53,173 bases of DNA from Ginglymostoma cirratum (taxonomy: Eukaryota): contig JAHRHZ010000155.1 in assembly GCA_024137785.1 (NCBI GenBank), positions 677,992-731,164 on the forward strand. Direction: 5' to 3'. The notes below the pieces were generated by a model. It was not told the origin of the DNA and did not search any database. It saw only the letters and a list, made by a program, of their open reading frames with translations. Below are positions 13,701 through 28,700 of the stretch, piece by piece (positions within the stretch are counted from its first letter, which is position 1; each line of letters opens with the position of its first letter). The position numbers and the translations under genes are program-made.

Positions 13701-16700
13701 GACCTGACCACCGTCTCTGGCACATTCTCCTCCTTTGAACATTTCAGCACTTTCACCTCTCTTTCAAAATCCCCTTGCACTATTATCCTCGTAGCTGCCA
13801 TAAGAATGTTCTCACCGTGATAGCTTTACTGCTCCCCTCCCTCAGCGTCTGCAACAAAAGACTTCCCGTCCTTGGAGATTTCATTTCTGTGTTCATGTTT
13901 GACTGCTCTGATGATTCCTGGCTTGTCTTCCACATTCTACCCTCTGGAAAATCCAGGCCACCTAAATCTTATTTCACAGCAAATCCCACTCTGCTACCAA
14001 ACCCCTGCATTCGCTGGCGTACGCTGATTCCTCATCAACCATATAGTCACAAAATCATACATAATGGAGCAAACCCTTCAGTCCAATTCGTCGATGCCAA
14101 CCTAATTCCCCAAACTAAACTAGCTCCATTTGCCCACATATGGCCCATATCCATCTAAACCTTACCTATTTATGTGGCTGTCCAAATGTCTCTTAATTGT
14201 GGTAACTGTACCTACATCTACCACTTCCTCTGGCAATTTATTCCACATACAAACCACCCTCTGTGTGATAAAATTATTCCTCAGGTCCCTTTTACATTTT
14301 TCTCAGCTCACCTTAAAATTATGCTGTCTCATTCACATCCTTGTTACCATCCTCTTCCTGTAATCATCTTCAGTTCCATGGGAGATCTCGAGTTCTGTCC
14401 TCTTGTGGACACCTGTCTTTACTTGTCTCACCGATGGTGTATTTATCATTCTAGTTGGCTGGAATTCAGGAATTCACTTCCTGAACCTCTTGCCTCTCTC
14501 TTCTGACATCCTGCCTAAGACCATAAGAAATAGGAACAGGAGTAGGCCATTCGGCCCCTCTAGTCCATTCTGCCATTCAGTAAGATCATGGCAGATCCGA
14601 CATTCCTTACATCCACTTCCTGCATTTTCCCCATAACTCTTGATTCCTCATCAAAAATCCATAAACTTCACCCTTAAATATACAACGACTCTGTCCCCAA
14701 ATGTTCTCTGTGGCAAGGAGTTCTAAAGACACTTAACCCTCAGAGAGAAGAAATTCCTCCTCATCTGAGCCTTAAATTGGCACTCCTTTAATCTGAGACT
14801 ATGTCCTCTGGTCCAAGATTCCCCCATGAAGTACAACATCCTCTCAGCAGTTACCCTGTCAAGCCCCTTCAGAATCCCATATGTTTCAATGAGATCACCT
14901 CTCCTTCTTCTAAACTCCAGTGAGTAGAGTCCCAACTTGTTTAACCTTTGCTCAGAAGACAATCGCTCCATACCAGGGATCATCCTAGTGAACCTTTTCA
15001 ATCCAGCCTCAGTTTGTGATAACCCAGTGTCTGATTCTCAATAACCCGCTGATAGCTTCCAATTCAGTCCTGGAGAAAACTCTAATACTGACATGAATAT
15101 CAATGATCCAATGTATTGACTGTGCCCATCAATGTTGTCGGGTGATCCACTCTCCTGTATCTCTCTCATCGTGTTGAAAAATCTCAGAGACAAAAAAGAC
15201 TCACATTTCTGTAAAAATCAAAAAGAACTGCAGGTGTTGTGAATCAGAAACAAAAAACAGAATTTGCTAGAAAAGCTCAGCAGATCTGGCAGTACTTGTG
15301 AAGAGAAATCAGAATTAACACTTCAGGTCCAGTGACCCTTCCTTAGAACCTTTGTTTTTGTCTCATATTTCTGTAGTGCCTTTCACCGTCTCAGGATATT
15401 ACAAACAGCTTCACAAACAATGAAGCAATTCCACAAATAGAGTTGCTGCTGCCATGAGGGATTCACAGTCACCATATAAGACAAACTCCAAAAAAAACAG
15501 GATTGTCATCAAAAATCTGATCACATATTTCATTGTTCTGGCTGAGATTATTACCAATCGTTGCTGTCCTGTTGCAGGCAGGATTTAATTGGAATTTGGC
15601 AGATTTCAGAGAAAGTGAGGAGCCAGTCCTCCCTGGGCTCTGAGCTGCTCCCCCTCCTGCACCCAGCATTGTCCAATCACAGGTGGTGGAGTGAAAGTGT
15701 GTTAAACGGAGTGACATAAACTTCACCAAGTCAGAAAAGAGGAAAGTCTTTACTGATCATTGTACTCGGTTCGAATATCATCCTGGTGAAAGTGTCTTCT
15801 CTTGTGAGATGGTTACTTCTATTTTAACAGCCACTTTACATTATATGTATCTAAAAGGATCCATTCTCTGTGTGTTAGATTTCACAGATAAGCCCACGAT
15901 AGCCTCTGTGGAAATTATCGCAGGAAAGCGTGTGAGCCTAAGATGCACCTTCAACACAACGTGTACTGGAACCTCTCCTGCCTTAACATGGGTCACTCCC
16001 ACTGCCGTACGTGGATCAGTCTCAAACACTGTAACTCAGCATGGTGTCACTCTGACCTATACTTCTGTTCTGACCCTGACACCATCACTCAGACACCAGG
16101 GACAAACTCTCACCTGTAGAGTGAGTTATCCAACTGTTTCTTCAAAGCAGACCCTCGTACTAACAGTGCAATGTAAGTATCAACATCCTTCATTCGACAT
16201 TAGGCGCAACAGTTTACAATGTGCTCAGGAAGATCTGACGAATAATGGAAATAGAACTGTGCAATTAAATACTGTCTGACAGTGCTGCACTCCCTCGGCA
16301 CTGAACCTCTGATAGTGCGGCGCACCCTCAGTCCTGACCCTCTGACAGTGTGTCATTATCTCAGTGCTGAACTGTTGGTCCTAATGACCTTTCTCTTAAC
16401 AAAGAAGGTGCATCGATATCACTCCTTTCACATTCTAACAGCCTTTCAATGCTTCACATTCAGTGAAAGTGAATCTGTTTTATTTGCTTTTAGATCCACC
16501 ACGGAATCTCGCAATTACTTCTCTTTCTGTGATTAAAGATTCATCGATTAATATAATTGAGGGGAATTCTGCAGTGATAATCTGCTCTGTTCAGAGCATC
16601 CCAGATTCTAACCTGATGTGGAGACATTTTAATGTCATAATGAACAGAACAAGTTCCAACAATGAGCTGTGGTTAGAGATTCGTCACATTACGTCCAGGG

Positions 16701-19700
16701 AGGCAGGAGACTATCAGTGTCGGGCAGAGAATGAACATGGAGCAATGGTGGGCTCCATAACCATCAATGTGGAATGTAAGTCAATGTACATATGTTTCAA
16801 CTTTACTCACTGGCACACACACAGGACCTCATGTGCCCCAATCAGGCACATGCACAGGGAGATTGGAGACTATAAGTGTGTAGCAGAGAATGAACATGGA
16901 GCAGTGGAGGGCCTCATAACCATCAATGTAGAATGTGAGTGTACGCAGACTTCAACATTTCTCTCACATACACACACCAACACACGAGTACAGTCCTGCA
17001 GACACACACATGTGACATGTCCCCTCTCTCAGTATTGCACTGGAGCATCAGTATGAGCTTCAATTCTCTGCTGAACGAATGCAAATTCCAGATTAACCAG
17101 ATACTGTCTTGAACCAACAATCCCCTGCATACATGACGATGGATTTCTTTGTTGGATCCATTTATACTGTGTAAGCGCTGGTGAACATTGTAACATTTAG
17201 GGAAAAAGAATTTCAATGCTTGCTGCCTGGAAGGAAGCAAGATAAACATTGTGCTGCTCAGAAGGTTTCTGTAGCAGCCTGATTGCCTCTGTTTGGAGCA
17301 TGGGATGAATCCTAAGAGCATTTTTATAGCGCCATGTAATCAGGAGTCAGGAGATGTTCTAGGAGCCAGTGAGTGCAGCCAAGTGGTATAGGTAAAGCTC
17401 ATTAAATGCTTAGAGTCATAGAATCAAAGAGCTGTACAGCACAGAAACAGACCCTTTGTTCCAAACCGTCCATGACGACCAGATATCCTAAATTAATCTA
17501 GTCCCACTTGCCAGCATTTGGCCCATATTGATCTAAACCCTTCCTATTCACAAACCAATCTAGGTGCTTCTTAAATGTTGTAACTGTACCCGCCTCCACC
17601 ACTTCCTCTGGCACCTCTTGCCATACACGCACCACCATCTGTGTGAAAAGGTTGCCCGTTAGGTCCCTTTTAAATCTTTCCCCTCCCACATTAAACATAA
17701 GCCCCTGAGTTTTCAACTCACCCACCCTGGGGAAAACATCTTGACTATTCACCCTATCCATTCTCTTCATGACTTTACAAATGTCAGTCAGGTCACCCTT
17801 AAGCCTCCAATGCTCCAGGGAAAATAACCCCAGCCTGTGCAGCATCTCCGTGTAGCTCCGACTCTCCTACCCTGGGAACAGCCTTGTAAACCCTTTCTGA
17901 ACACATTCAAGTTTCACAACATCCTTCCTTTCGCACGGAGACCAGAACTGAACGCTGTATTCCACAATTGGCCTAACCAATGTCCTCGACAGTGACAGCA
18001 AGACCTCCCAACTCCTGCAGGCAATGCACTGACCAATATGCAAGCATACCAAATGCCTTCTTCACTATCCAAATCTACCTGCGACCCTACTTTCAAGGAA
18101 CTATGAACCTGCACTCCAAGGTCTCTTTGTTCAGCAACACTCCCAAGGACCTTATCATTAAGTATTTTGGTCCTGCACTGATTTGCCTTTCCAAAATGCA
18201 GCACTTCACATTTATCAAAATTAAATTGAATCTGCCACTCCTTAGACCATTGGCCTATCTGATCACGGTCCCATTGCACTCTGAGGTAACCTTCTTCGCT
18301 GTCCACTAAACCTCCAATTTTGGTTCCTCTGCACACATGCTAACCATACTTCTTAAGTTCACATCCGACTCATTTATGTAAATGATGAAAAACAGTAGCC
18401 CCAGCACCAATCCTTGCAGCACATCGCTGGTCACAGGCCTCCAGTCTTAAAAGCAACCCTCCACCACCACCCATCAATGATATGAGGCCCAGTGTATGAC
18501 TCAGAACATATCTCTGATCAATTACTAAATCAAATAGTGTTGCTGAGACATCTCTGGGATCAAATCCAATGCATTGCTGCTTAGGCTTTGGGAATATTGT
18601 GAGGATGTGAAAGATATTTTCTTCTTTTCAGAATGAACAGCACCCTAATTGGTGGGGGAAGGAGCCTACACTGTGACAGTTTACGTTGGCAGTGTCCATC
18701 AGGAGTGTCATACAGCAACTACCACGCAGAAATTTTCAAGGATTCACATGTCAGAGTCATAGAGATGGTTATGGAGTCTTGCTGTGCACTAGGTTTGCTC
18801 ACAATATTCTCCCCCTTTGTCTCTAGATGCGCCACGGAATCTCTCAATTTCTTCTCTTGCTGTGATTAAAGATTCATCGATCAATATAATTGAGGGGAAT
18901 TCTGCAGTGATAATCTGCTCTGTTGAGAGCTTCCCAGCTTCTAACCTGATGTGGAGACATTTTAATGTCACAATGAACAGAACAAGTTCCAACAATGAGC
19001 TGTGGTTGGAGATTCCTCATGTCATGTTCAAGGAGACTGGAGAGTATCAGTGTATGGCTGAGAATGATCATGGAGTAGTAGAGAGGTCCATAACAATCAC
19101 TGTGGAATGTGAGTGTACACAAACTTCAACATCAAGGGGCAGGACAGTGGTCAGTAGGGGTGCCACAGTGGCTCAGTGCTTAGAACTGCTGCCTCACACC
19201 ACCAGGGACCCTGGTTTGATTGCACCCTTGGATGACCATCTGTGTCGAGTTTGCACATTGTCCCGTGTCTGCATTAGTTCCGTCCGGGTGCTCCAGTTTC
19301 CTCTTGCTTGCAAGATGTACAAATGAATTGGATTGGCTATGCCAGATTGTCCGGTAGTGTCCTGGGATGTGTAGGTTAGATGTGTTAGCCATGGGAAATA
19401 CAGGGTAGGGGGATGGGTCTGCATGTGTGATGCTCTTCAGAGGGTCAGTGTGGTTCATTGGGTCGAATGGCCTGTTTCCACACTGTCAGGAATCTACAGA
19501 AAAATAATTATACACACACAAACACAAGAGTGCAGACACATGTGTGGCATGTCCCCTCTCTCAGTTATTGCACTGGAGCATCAGTACGAGCTTCAATTCT
19601 CCATTGACTGTAAAGATACTGCCTTGAACCAGAAATCGCCTGCACAAGGAATTGTAGATTTCTTTGCGGTGAATTTATTTTTATTGTTATATCCATATAA

Positions 19701-22700
19701 AATCTAGGAATCCATAAAAAACTGCAACTTTCAGAGAAAAGAATTCCAGGGCTTGCTCCGTTCAAACCCGTCTAAATACAAAGGTGGGGTTTGCTGCGAG
19801 ATTTTAAATATCTCATTCAGATCAGTTCAAGGGTCAGCCACCATTTAAGCTTCAATTGTTCAGACAGTTAGTTGGGGGAAGAAAGAAAGCCAGGAGCTGG
19901 CTCTGTGCAGGATCTCTGCTCTCAGCTGTACTACTCTGAGAAAAGAATGAGGCCGCAGTGGAGGCCACATAATTGGCAACTGACAACAAAATTCTGTTGT
20001 TGCAACTCTCTGCACACTGCAATACTTCAGCTGTTGGTCGCAGGATTTCAAGCTCTCCTTGGACAATTTGGTTAATGAACTCTTTCTTTCTCCACAAATG
20101 TTGCTTGATCTGTTGAGAATTTCAAGGTTTTTCAGTTTTCATTTTAGATTTTGAACTATTTTCCCAACACTGGATAGTGAATAACTGGATAGCTTTTTCT
20201 TAGTAGGCAATATTATCAAAAGACATGAATTAAATGTAGCTAAAGGGAGACGAGACAGAGATCGCAGTGATCTGATTAAGTGGTGAAATAGGCTCCAGGC
20301 CTACTCTTGTTCCTCAAATTTTTCCCAATTATACATTCTTCAGTCTATCTATGTTGTCTTGCACTCTTCTCAAATTTGTTGGCTGTGGAATGTGTCTCTT
20401 CACTAAGCTCTTCTATATAATATAGCTGGATGTATGTCTTCATACAAATATTATCAAAAATATGTTACAGTACAGAGTGTTTCCAAAAATAACTCAAATC
20501 CCCAATTTGCTTTGCAAACAAGGTTTGCTAAATATTCTGCTATGCTGGGCTTTAAAGACCTCAGAATGCAAAAATTAGCATGGGCTCAGTGTTTGATCAA
20601 AAACTTTGATGTCAAGAATGCTTACTGACATCCTGTGAGTTTCTTTTTAATTGGATGAGATGGCATTCAGATACTGTTCTGCTCTCCTCGTGTTAACATA
20701 TAAGGATTAGATTTTTGTGAGCTAATGGGAGCATGAAAATTGAATTCCATTTTCACAATTGCTGTTTTTGTAAAACCACATCTCAGGATGTGGGCGTAAC
20801 TGGCAGATTTATGGTCAGTCCACACGGTGACTTTTCTCATTATGTTACTTCCTTCTCCATTGTAATATGTGTGGTGAAAGTGCTAATCTGATCCATGATT
20901 TTTCTTGTGCAACTGAATGGCCAACTAGACCTCTGAAGAGTGAAGTTAGGTGAACTAGAGACCCATGCACAGGCCAGATTGGACAGGTTTTGCATGCTCT
21001 GTTTGTTAATAGAAAGTGGTGACTAGTTAGGTTTTTAAAACAATAAAAATTGCATGGCACTTTTTAAAAACTTACTTTTTTTATTTCCAATTTCATTCAC
21101 TGAATTCAAACTTTAAAAATTGTGATGGGAGGTTTGATTGCAAATTCTACAGATTGTTACAAAAACAGAAATTGCTGCAAGGGCTCAGCAGGCCTGGTAA
21201 CATCTGTGGAGAGACATGAGAGTTAATGTTTTGGGTTCAGTGACCCTTCCTCAGAACTGATGGTCGCTAGGGAAAAGTTGTTTCTTTTACATTGGATAGA
21301 GTGTTGGGAGGGTGATAAGGTGTAACCAATCAGTGAAGATAGAGCCCAAAGGCACAGATGAACAGTTGGACAGACAAAGGTGTGGATAACAATCAGACTA
21401 GAAGAATGGATAGGTAATTTGGACCATTAGTGGTTAACAATGCGTTGTGTATAATAGCAGACCACGTGATAAAAAGGCACAGGTGTTTAGAGGCTGAAGA
21501 ATGCCTGGTGTTTAGGGATTGGGTCAGGACATGGAAGAATTTGCCTCAAGTCCGAAAATTGTTGAGCTCAACATTGAGTCCAGGAGACTGTAGAATTCCC
21601 ATGGGGAAAATGAGGTGCTTTTGCTCTTGCTTGCGCTGAGCTTCGGTGGAGTACTAGAGCATGTGCAAGACAGATGATGACGAGGGAACACAGTAGTACA
21701 TTGAAGTGGCAGGCAATGAGAAGCTCAGGGTTTCTGTCTACAAAAAAGGATCATGTGCCTCCAGTTGAAGGCAGTTAGAAGTGTGCAGAGAGATGACAAT
21801 AGCAGTGGTGGAGTTACAGCAGTGAATAATAAGACAGGCACGATGTGTCCCAAGTACAAAATGACAATGATTTAGTGTTGAGGACTGCCATATGGATGAT
21901 TAACAGTTCATTTGTTTTATTACACACAATACATTTTATTTGAGCTGTTTCACCTCAGTATTACTCTGACTATTGAGTACTATTTAAGTAAAAGTGCATG
22001 ATTTTGCAAACTTAAAAATTTTTAGCCAATCTTCTCCAGCATTGTTCAGTATGGCATGAAAAATGTCATAGAGATATACAGCATGGAAACAGACCTTTCA
22101 GTCCATCTTGTCCATGTCGAGCACATATCCTACATAAATCTCATCCCATTTGCCAGCATTTGGCTCAGATCCATCTAAACACTTCCTATTCATATACATA
22201 TCTAGATGCCATTTAAATTTGTATTCATACCCGCATCCACCACTTCCTCCGGCAGCTCATACCATACAGGCACCACCCTCTGTGTGATAAAGATGTTCCG
22301 TAGGTCCCTCTTATACCATTCCCCTCTCACCTTAAACCTATGTCGTCTGGTTTTGGATCACCCATCCCGGGGAATAGACCATGCCCCTCATGACTTGTAA
22401 ACCTCGAATAAGGTCAACCCTCAGCCTCCGACATTCCCAGGAAAACAGTCCCAGCCTATGCAGCATCTCCCTGTAGCTCAATCCTAGCAAAATCCGCAGA
22501 ACCCTTTTCTCGACTTTTCTAGTTTCACAACATCCTTCATATAGGAGGGAGACCAGAATTGAACACAATACTCCAAAGCCAACACCATATAAAGCTGCAA
22601 CATGACCTCTCAACTACTAAACTCAATGCACTGACCAATCAAGGCAAGCATAATAAATACCTTCTTCACTATCCTATCTACATGTGACTCCACATTTAAG

Positions 22701-25700
22701 GAACTATGAACCTGCACTCCAAAGTCTCTCTATTCAGCAACGCTCTCGCGGTAGTTGCTATTAAATGCATAAGTCCACTCTGATTTTTCTATACAAAATG
22801 TAGCACCTACATTTGTCTAAACTCCATCTGCCATTTCTCAGCCCATTGGCCCATCTGATCATGATTACATTGTACTCTGAGTTAACCTTCTTCACTGTCC
22901 ACTACACCTCCAATTTTAGTGTCATCTGCAAACTTAGTAACCATACCTCAGATGTTCACATCCAAATTGTATAAATAGCCGACAAAACACAATAGACCAG
23001 CACCGATCCTTGTGGTACACCACTGGTAACAGCACTCAGTCTTAAAAGCAACCCTCCGCCGCCACCCTTCAGTGTTATGAGGCCCAGTGTACGGCCCAGA
23101 ATCAATTATTCATTCAAATAGCGAGGAATTGCTATCCGTTATAAATGAGATTTGAATGAGATTTCAAGATCCACTGGGTCACTAATGTATGGGAGTGTTA
23201 CTGAAACATCTTTGGGATCTATCTTCAACTCATTTAGTATTTGATAAGTTCTGTGAGAGTAATCGATCATAGTCTCGCTGTTAACTTTGAAAAAATAATA
23301 GAAGTTGTGTATATATTGCCAATTGTATTACTGTTCTAACTTTGGCTAGTTACTTTTTTCATTTGTTAACACCATTGAATGTTGTGAATTTATTCTCCTT
23401 TTAGGTAAGTGGCATCTCATAATTTGTCTCTTTAAAGTAAACCTGCTGGTCCTTCACCAGTTGGGAACCCGGTGATCTGGTCTGCGATCATAACATATCC
23501 CTCAATGTTCTGTTAATCAAATTGAATTTTTTGCTGCCAAGGCTTTGGGAATATCGTGAGGATGTGAAACACATTTTCCTTCTTTCAGAATGGGCAGCAC
23601 CCTCATTGGTGGATGGAGCAATCTAGGTTGTGACAGGTTACATTGGCAGTGTCCTTCTGAAATGTAATACAACAACGTCCACTCAGAAGGTTATGGGGGA
23701 TCCACATATCAGAGTCATAGATATGGTTGTGGAGTCTTGCTGTGCACTGTGTTTGCTCACAATATTCTCCTCCTTTGTCTCTAGATGCGCCACAGAATCT
23801 CTCAATTTCTTCCCTTGCTGTGATTAAAGATTCATCAATCAATATATTTGAGGGGAATTCTGCAGTGATAATCTGCTCTGTCGAGAGCTTCCCAGCTTCT
23901 AACCTGACATGGAGACATCTTAATGCCACAATGAACAGAACAAGTTCCAACAACAAGCTGCGGTTGGAGATTACTCATGTCATGTTCAAAGAGACTGGAG
24001 AGTATCAATGTGTGGCAGAGAATGAACATGGAGCATTGGAGAGCTCCATAACCATCAATGTGGAATGTGAGTGTACACAGACTTCAACATCAAGGGGTGG
24101 CATGGTGACTTAATGGTTAGACCTGCAGCCTCATGCCACCAGGGACCCTGATTTGATTCCACATTTGGCAACCATCTGTGTTAAGTTTGCACGTTCACCC
24201 TGTGTCTGCATGGGTTCCCTCCGGGTGCTGCAAATCCTCCCACTTGTCAAGATGTGCAGGTTAAGTGAATTGGCTACGGCAGATTGCCCTGTAGTGCCCC
24301 AGGATATGCTGATTACATGTGTTAGCCAATGGAATTATAGTGTTGGGGTGTGAGATGCTCTTCACAGGGCTGATATAGACTTCTTTGGATCGATTGGCCT
24401 GTTTCTACACTGTAGGGATTCTATGGTGACAAAGCTCTCCCATATGCACAAACACACGAGTACAGCCCTGCAGACACATGTCTGACATGTCCCCTCTCTC
24501 AGTTGTTGCACTGCACAATCAGTATGACCTTCAATTCTCTGTTGACTGACAGGGCACTGCCTTAAAACAGCAAACCCCTGCACAGAAAATTGCAGATTTC
24601 TTTGCAGTTAAATTATTTTTATTGTTGTATCCAAATGTATTGTGTAATCCAGCAATTGGAATATTCAGGGAACATGAATTCCAGGGCTTACAACATTCAG
24701 TCCTGCCTAGGGATAAAGGTATGGTTTGTTGCAAGGTTTTAAATATCTCATTCACATTAATTCAAGGGTCAGCCACCATTAAAGTTTCAATTGTTCAGCT
24801 GGGGGGAAGAGTGAGTAATCCAACAGCTGGCTCTGTGCAGGATCAATGCTCTGAGCATTGAGAAAGTTTTGAGGCCTTCGTGGAGGTCGCATAATTGGCT
24901 GGTGACGGCAAATTTCTGCCCTTGCAACGCTCTGCACATTGCAGTACCTCAGACATTGGTGGCAGGATTTCAAGCTCTCTGTGAAAAATTCGGTCAATGA
25001 ACTCTTTCTTTCTCCACAAATGCTGCTTGATCTGTTGAGAATTTCAAGGCTTTTCAGTTTTCATTTTAGATTTTGAACTTTTTTCCCAACACTGGGTAGT
25101 GAATAACTGGATAGCTTTTTGTTAGTAGGAAATGTTATCAAAAGACATGGGTCACATGTAGAAAAATGGAGACAAGATATAGATCTAACTAAGTAATCTC
25201 ACAGTAATCTAACTAAGTGGTGAAATAGGATCCAGGGCTTACATAGCCTTCTCTTGTTCCTCAAATTCCTCCTAATTATTCATTTCTCAATCTATGTATG
25301 TTGTCTTGCATTCTTCTCAAATTTGTTGGCTCTGGCGTGTGTCTTTTCACTAAGATTTTCAATGTAACAGAGCTAGATGAATGTTGTCATATAAGTATTA
25401 TCAAAAATATGTTACTGTGCACAGTATTTCCATTAAATACTCCAACCCCTGTTTGCTTTGCAAACATGTTCTGCTAAATATTCTACTACTGAGGGCTTCA
25501 AAGACCTCAGAATGCAAAAATTAGCATGGGCTCAGTGTTTGATCAAAAACTTTGATGTCAAGAATGCTTTCTGATATCCTGAGAGTTTCTTTTTAATTGC
25601 ATGGGATGGCTTTCAGTTACTGTACTGCTCTCCTTGGGTCAACGTACAAGGATTAGATTTTAGTGAGCTAATGGGAGCATGAAAATTGAATTCCATTTTC

Positions 25701-28700
25701 ACAATTGCTGTTTTTATAAAACAACATCTCAGAATGTGGGCATAACTGGCAGATTTATGGTCAGTCCACATGGTGACTTTTCTCATTATGTTACTTCTCC
25801 ATTGTAATATGTGTGGTGAAAGTGCCAATCTGATCCATGCTATTTATTTGTGCAACTGAATGACCAACTAGACCTCTGCAGAGTGAAGTTAAGTGAACTA
25901 GAGACCCAGGCATAGACAGGTTTTGCATGCTCTGTTTGTTAATAGAAATTAGTGACTAGTTTAATTTCTAAAACAATATAAATTGCACAGCACTTTTTTA
26001 AAATTTACGTGTTTTAAATTTCAAATTTCATTAACTGAATGCAAACTTTTAAAATTGTCATGGGAGGTCTGAATGCAAATTCTATGGATTGTTACAAGAA
26101 CAGAAATTGCTGCAAAGGCTCAGCAGGTCTGGCAACACCTGTGGCGAGAAATGATAGTTAATGTTTTGGGTCAGTGACCCTTCCTCAGAACCGATGGTAG
26201 CTAGGAATAAATTGTTTCTATTAGATTAGATAGGGTGGTCGGAGGGTGATAAATTGCAACCGATAGGTGGAGATAGAGCCCAAAGACACAGACGAACAGT
26301 TGCACAAAGGAGTGGACAACAACGATACTAGGAGAATAGATAGGTAATTCGTACAATGAGTGGTTAACAATGCGTTGCATATAATAACAGTCCACATGAT
26401 AACAAGACCCGGTGTGCAGGGGTTGTGTCAGGACACGGGAGAAGGTGCCTTAAGTCCTAAAATTGTTGAATTCAACAGTGAGTCCAGAAGACTGTAGAAT
26501 TCCCATGTGGAAAACGTGGTGCTTTTGCTCTACCTAGCGCTGAGCTTCGCTGGAGTACCAGACCGTGTCCAAGACAGATGATGACGAGGGAACACAGTAT
26601 TGTGTTGAAGTGGCAGGTAACCAGAAGCTCAGGGTTTCTGTCTACAAAAACGACATTGTGCTTCCGGTTGAAGGCAGTTAGAAGTGCGCAGAGAGATGAC
26701 AACAGCGGTGGTGGAGTTACAGCGGTGAACAATAAGACAGGCACGATGTGTTCCAAGTGCAAAAATGACATGATTTACTGTTGTGGGTTGCCACATGGAT
26801 GATGAACAGGTCACCTGGTGTTTTATTACACAAAATGCACTTTATTTGAGCTGTTTCACCTTAGCATTAACCTGACCATTGAGTACTATTTAAGCAAAAA
26901 TACATGTTTTTGCACACTTGAAAACCTTTAGCCAATCTTCTGCAGTATTGTTCAGTATGGCATGAAAAATACAGTCATAGAGATATACAGCATGGAAACA
27001 AACCTTTTGGTCCATCTTGTCCATGCCGAGCAGATATCCTACATCAAGCTCATGCCATTTGCCAGCATTTGGCTCATATCCATCAAAACCTTTCCTATTC
27101 ATCTACCCATTAAGATGCTTTTTAAATTTGTAATCGTACCCATGTCCACCACTTCTTCTGGCAGATCATAGCATATACGTACCACTCTCTGCATGATAAA
27201 GATGCCCCTTAGGTCCCGTTTATATCTTTCCCTCCTCACCTTAAACCTATGCCCTCTTGTTTTGGACTCATCCACTCCAGGGAAAAGACCACATCAATTT
27301 ACCCTATCCATGCCCCTCATGATTGTAAACCTCTATAAGGTCAACCCTCACCCATCAAAACCCCAAGGAAAACAGTCCCAGTCTATGCAGCATCTCCCTC
27401 TAGCTCAAACCCTCCAACCCTGGCAACATCCTCATAAATCTTTTCTAGACCCTTTCTAGTTTCACAACTTCCTTCTTATAGGAGGGAGACCAGGATTGAA
27501 CACAATACTCCAAAACCAATGCCATATAAAGCTGCAACATGACCTCCCAATTACTGAACCCAATGCACTGACTCTTAAAGGCAAGCATACCAAACGCCTA
27601 CTTTGCTATCCTAGCTACATGTGACTCCACATTCAATGAACTGTGAACCTGCACTCCAAGGTCTCTTTGTTCAGCAACACTCCCGAGGAACTTACTATTA
27701 AGTGTATAAATCCTGCCCTGATCTTTCCTTACAAAATGCAGCACCTCGCATTTGTCAAAATTAAACTCCATCTGCCATTTCTCAGCACACTGGCCTATTT
27801 GATCATGATCACATTGTACTCTGATTTAACCTTCTTCACTGTCCACTACACCTCCAATTTTAGTGTCTTCTGCAAACTTGGTAAACATACCATCTATGTT
27901 CATGTGCAAATTGTTTAAATAACTGCAAAAAGCAATGGATCAGCACCGAACCTTGTGGTACACCGCTGGTCACAGGCCTCCAGTCTTAAAAGCAACCCTC
28001 CACCACCATCCTTCAGTGATATGAGGCCCAGTTGATAGCACAGAACATATCCCTGATCAACTACTCATTCAAATAGCAAGGAATTGCTATCCCTTATAAA
28101 ATTTGAATGAGATTTCATGATCCACAGGGTCATTAATGTATGGAAGTGTTGCTGAGACATTTTTGGGATCTATCTTCACCTCATTTAGTATTTGATGAGC
28201 TCTGTGGGGGTAATTGATCACGGTCTCGCTGTTAATTTTGATAAAAATAATAGAAGTTGTATATATATTGCCAATTCTATCACTGTTCTAACTTTAGATC
28301 ATTACATTTTTCATTTGTTAACACCATATAATGTTGTGACTTAATTCTGTTTGTCAGTAAGTGGCATCTCAAACTATTTAAAGAAAGCCTCCTCGTCGCT
28401 CAACAGATGGGAACTTGGTGATCTGGTCTGAGATCATAACATATCCCTCAACATTGAGCTGATCAAATCCAATTCATTGCTACTAATGGCTTTGGGAATA
28501 CGGTGAGGATGCGAAAGACATTTTCTTCCTTCAAGAATGGACAGCACCCTCATTGGTGGGAAGACAAACCTACAGTGTGATAGTTTACATTGGCAGAAAT
28601 ATAATACAGCAATTTCCACTCAGAAGGTTATGGGGAATCCACACATGTCAGAGTCATAGAGATGGTTATGGAGTCTTGCTGTGCACTATGTTTGCTCACA

